This document shows, piece after piece, positions 62,295 through 64,000 of a DNA stretch of 64,000 nucleotides. The notes below the pieces were generated by a model. It was not told the DNA's origin and did no database searches. It was given only the letters and a program-made list of their open reading frames with translations. A program made the translations under genes and the position numbers. The stretch is from contig CAVVJT010000004.1 in the NCBI GenBank assembly GCA_963748625.1, positions 416,001 through 480,000 of the forward strand. Reading direction: 5' to 3'. The first letter of the stretch is position 1. Every line of letters begins with the position of its first letter. The DNA is from an uncultured Chloroflexia bacterium. Its GTDB lineage: Bacteria > Chloroflexota > Limnocylindria > Limnocylindrales > CSP1-4.

Positions 62295-64000
62295 CTACCA
62301 GCGCTTGCGGCCCTGGAGGCGCCAGACGGACTGGCGGATGGCGTCGTCGATGCGCGGGCCGCGGCGCTTGAAGCCGAGGTAGCCGGTGACCTCGGCGAGC
62401 AGCTGGTCCTCGGTCTTGGGATGCGGGTCCGACAGCGTCCAGAGGACCACGCGGTCGAGCTCGTAGAGCGAGACCTTGTCGATCGAGTCGGCCTGGTGCA
62501 GGCGGGGGCGCGGGCCGCGGGTGTCCGGCGGAGGCGGCGGGGCCACGGAGCCGGCGCCTCCCCCACCCCGCACGCGGGCGATGGATGCCTCGATGCCGGC
62601 GACGATCTTCGTTCCCTTGCGGGCGAACCCAAGCTCCTTCATGACCTCGGCGACGAGCTCGTCCTGGGTCCGGAGCTGGTGGTCGGACTCCACCCAGCGG
62701 ACGAGGTTGTCGAGCTCCGCCTGCGGCACGTCGTCGATGCCGGCGTGGCGCCCGAGCTTCGGCTTCGGTCCACGCAGGGCGGCCTCTGGGGCGGCGTCGG
62801 GCTGGGCCGGTGCCGGCTGGGCCGGTGCCGGCTGGGCGGGCGCCGGCTCGGCCGGTGCGGGCAACGGGGTCTGGGTCGGCGGGGTATGGGTCGACGGGGC
62901 TGCCGACGCTGCCGCGGTCGCACCCCAGGCCGTCCACGGTGACGGCGGCCCTGCGGGCGCCGGCGGGACGGTCGGGCCAGGGGGATCCGTGGGTTCGGGC
63001 GGATCGGGGGGACCTGCAGCCTGCGCGGCCTCGGCAGCCAGCCGGTCGGCTTCGGCAGTCGCCAGCGCTGCGGCGTCGGCTTCGGCGCCGTGTCGCGGCC
63101 TCGGCTTCGGCCTTCGCCGCGGCCTCGGCCTCGTCAACGGCGGCAACCGCGCGGTCGTACGCGACCTTGAGCCGCAGGATCTCCCCTGCCCGATCGCGGT
63201 ACCAGTCTGCCGACCAGATCCGGTGGAACTGCCAGCCGATCACCTCGAGATGCTGCTGGCGCAGGCGGTCACGCTCGCGGGCCGTCGGGGCGGAGTGGTA
63301 CGTGGGCCCGTCGCACTCGACGGCGAGGACGAACCGGCCTGCCTTGGTCGGATGCTCCAGGGCGATGTCGAGCGCATAGCTCGACGTCCCCACCTGCGGG
63401 ACCGCACGCACGCCCATCGCCCCCAGCGCCGCGAGCACGTCGCGCTCCAGGCCGTTGAGCGGCGGCCGCGGCGGGACCGCGTTCCCCAGGTCCGCGCCAC
63501 CGCTCTCGGCGTAGCGCAGGTAGGCCGCCATCAGGCGCACGCCCTCGGCGCTGGTCCGCGACGGGTCGACGTCCTCGGAGCCGAACGACGAGACCACCGT
63601 GACGCGCCGCTTGGCCCGCGTGATGGCGACGTTGAGCCGGCGCTCGCCGCCCTGCTGGTTCAGTGGCCCGAAGTTCTGGCGCAGCCGCCCGTCGGACGTC
63701 CGCCCGTAGCCGATGGTGAGGATGATCGCGTCCCGTTCGTCGCCCTGGACGCGCTCGAGGTTCTTCACGAAGAAGGGCTCGCGTCCGGTCTCGGCGAAGA
63801 ACGCGTCCAACTCTGGCACCGACGGCCGCCGGAGGCGCAGGGCCTCGTTGATGTGCTCGGCGTGCTGGATGCCCATCGCGATCACGCCCAGGCTCTCGTT
63901 GGGGCGGGTCCGCGCATGCTCGAGCACGAGGTCCACGACCGCCGCGACCTCCTCGGACGAGGAGACCCCATCGGAACCATCAGGTCGCGGCGCCACCCGC
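62295..64000 (-). CDS. C-terminal part of an SF1 (UPF1-like) helicase fused to a Vsr/REase-like nuclease and two small helical domains; frameshift near 63090
   Basis: VKNLERVQGDERD and RRLNVAITRAK helicase motifs; AVECDG..YHS...ERDRLRQ..L...GW..RIWS nuclease motif. The 5' end lies outside the window. Confidence 0.85.

Noticed and set aside
62800-62850. 15-bp tandem repeat
   Set aside because: It encodes the PAQPA low-complexity linker inside the helicase-nuclease gene.

Overview
Very GC-rich (roughly 70%, estimated by eye) chromosomal segment with no integrase, transposase or CRISPR array. Gene content and many leaderless starts suggest Chloroflexota or an actinobacterium-like organism (inference only). 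From left to right it carries: partial mutY; two tandem ECF sigma/anti-sigma-like pairs; an AT3-SGNH acyltransferase plus a stand-alone SGNH paralog; an AmmeMemoRadiSam trio; an LLM oxidoreductase; four lipoproteins; a heme operon (HTH regulator-hemA-hemCD-hemB-hemL-hemE-hemH-radical SAM-hemY) divergent from feoAB; an aldehyde dehydrogenase/maltokinase-like kinase/SIS operon; a GT1 glycosyltransferase; ABC transporters, one under a TPP riboswitch; an OmpR-type two-component system with visible binding repeats; metY-metX; tRNA-Gln(CTG); ilvA; glnS; and the C-terminal part of a helicase-nuclease. Three unexplained signals stand out. (1) A degenerate tRNA-Gln(CUG)-like cloverleaf lies in the 5' leader of glnS, followed by alternative pairings that could hide the glnS ribosome-binding site, which makes it a candidate tRNA-mimic autoregulator. 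(2) A Met-containing leader peptide with a terminator and antiterminator precedes metY-metX. (3) Four intergenic elements of exactly 111 bp have inverted 21-bp palindromic ends and two different cores. Six single-indel frameshifts in otherwise intact genes probably reflect sequencing error.
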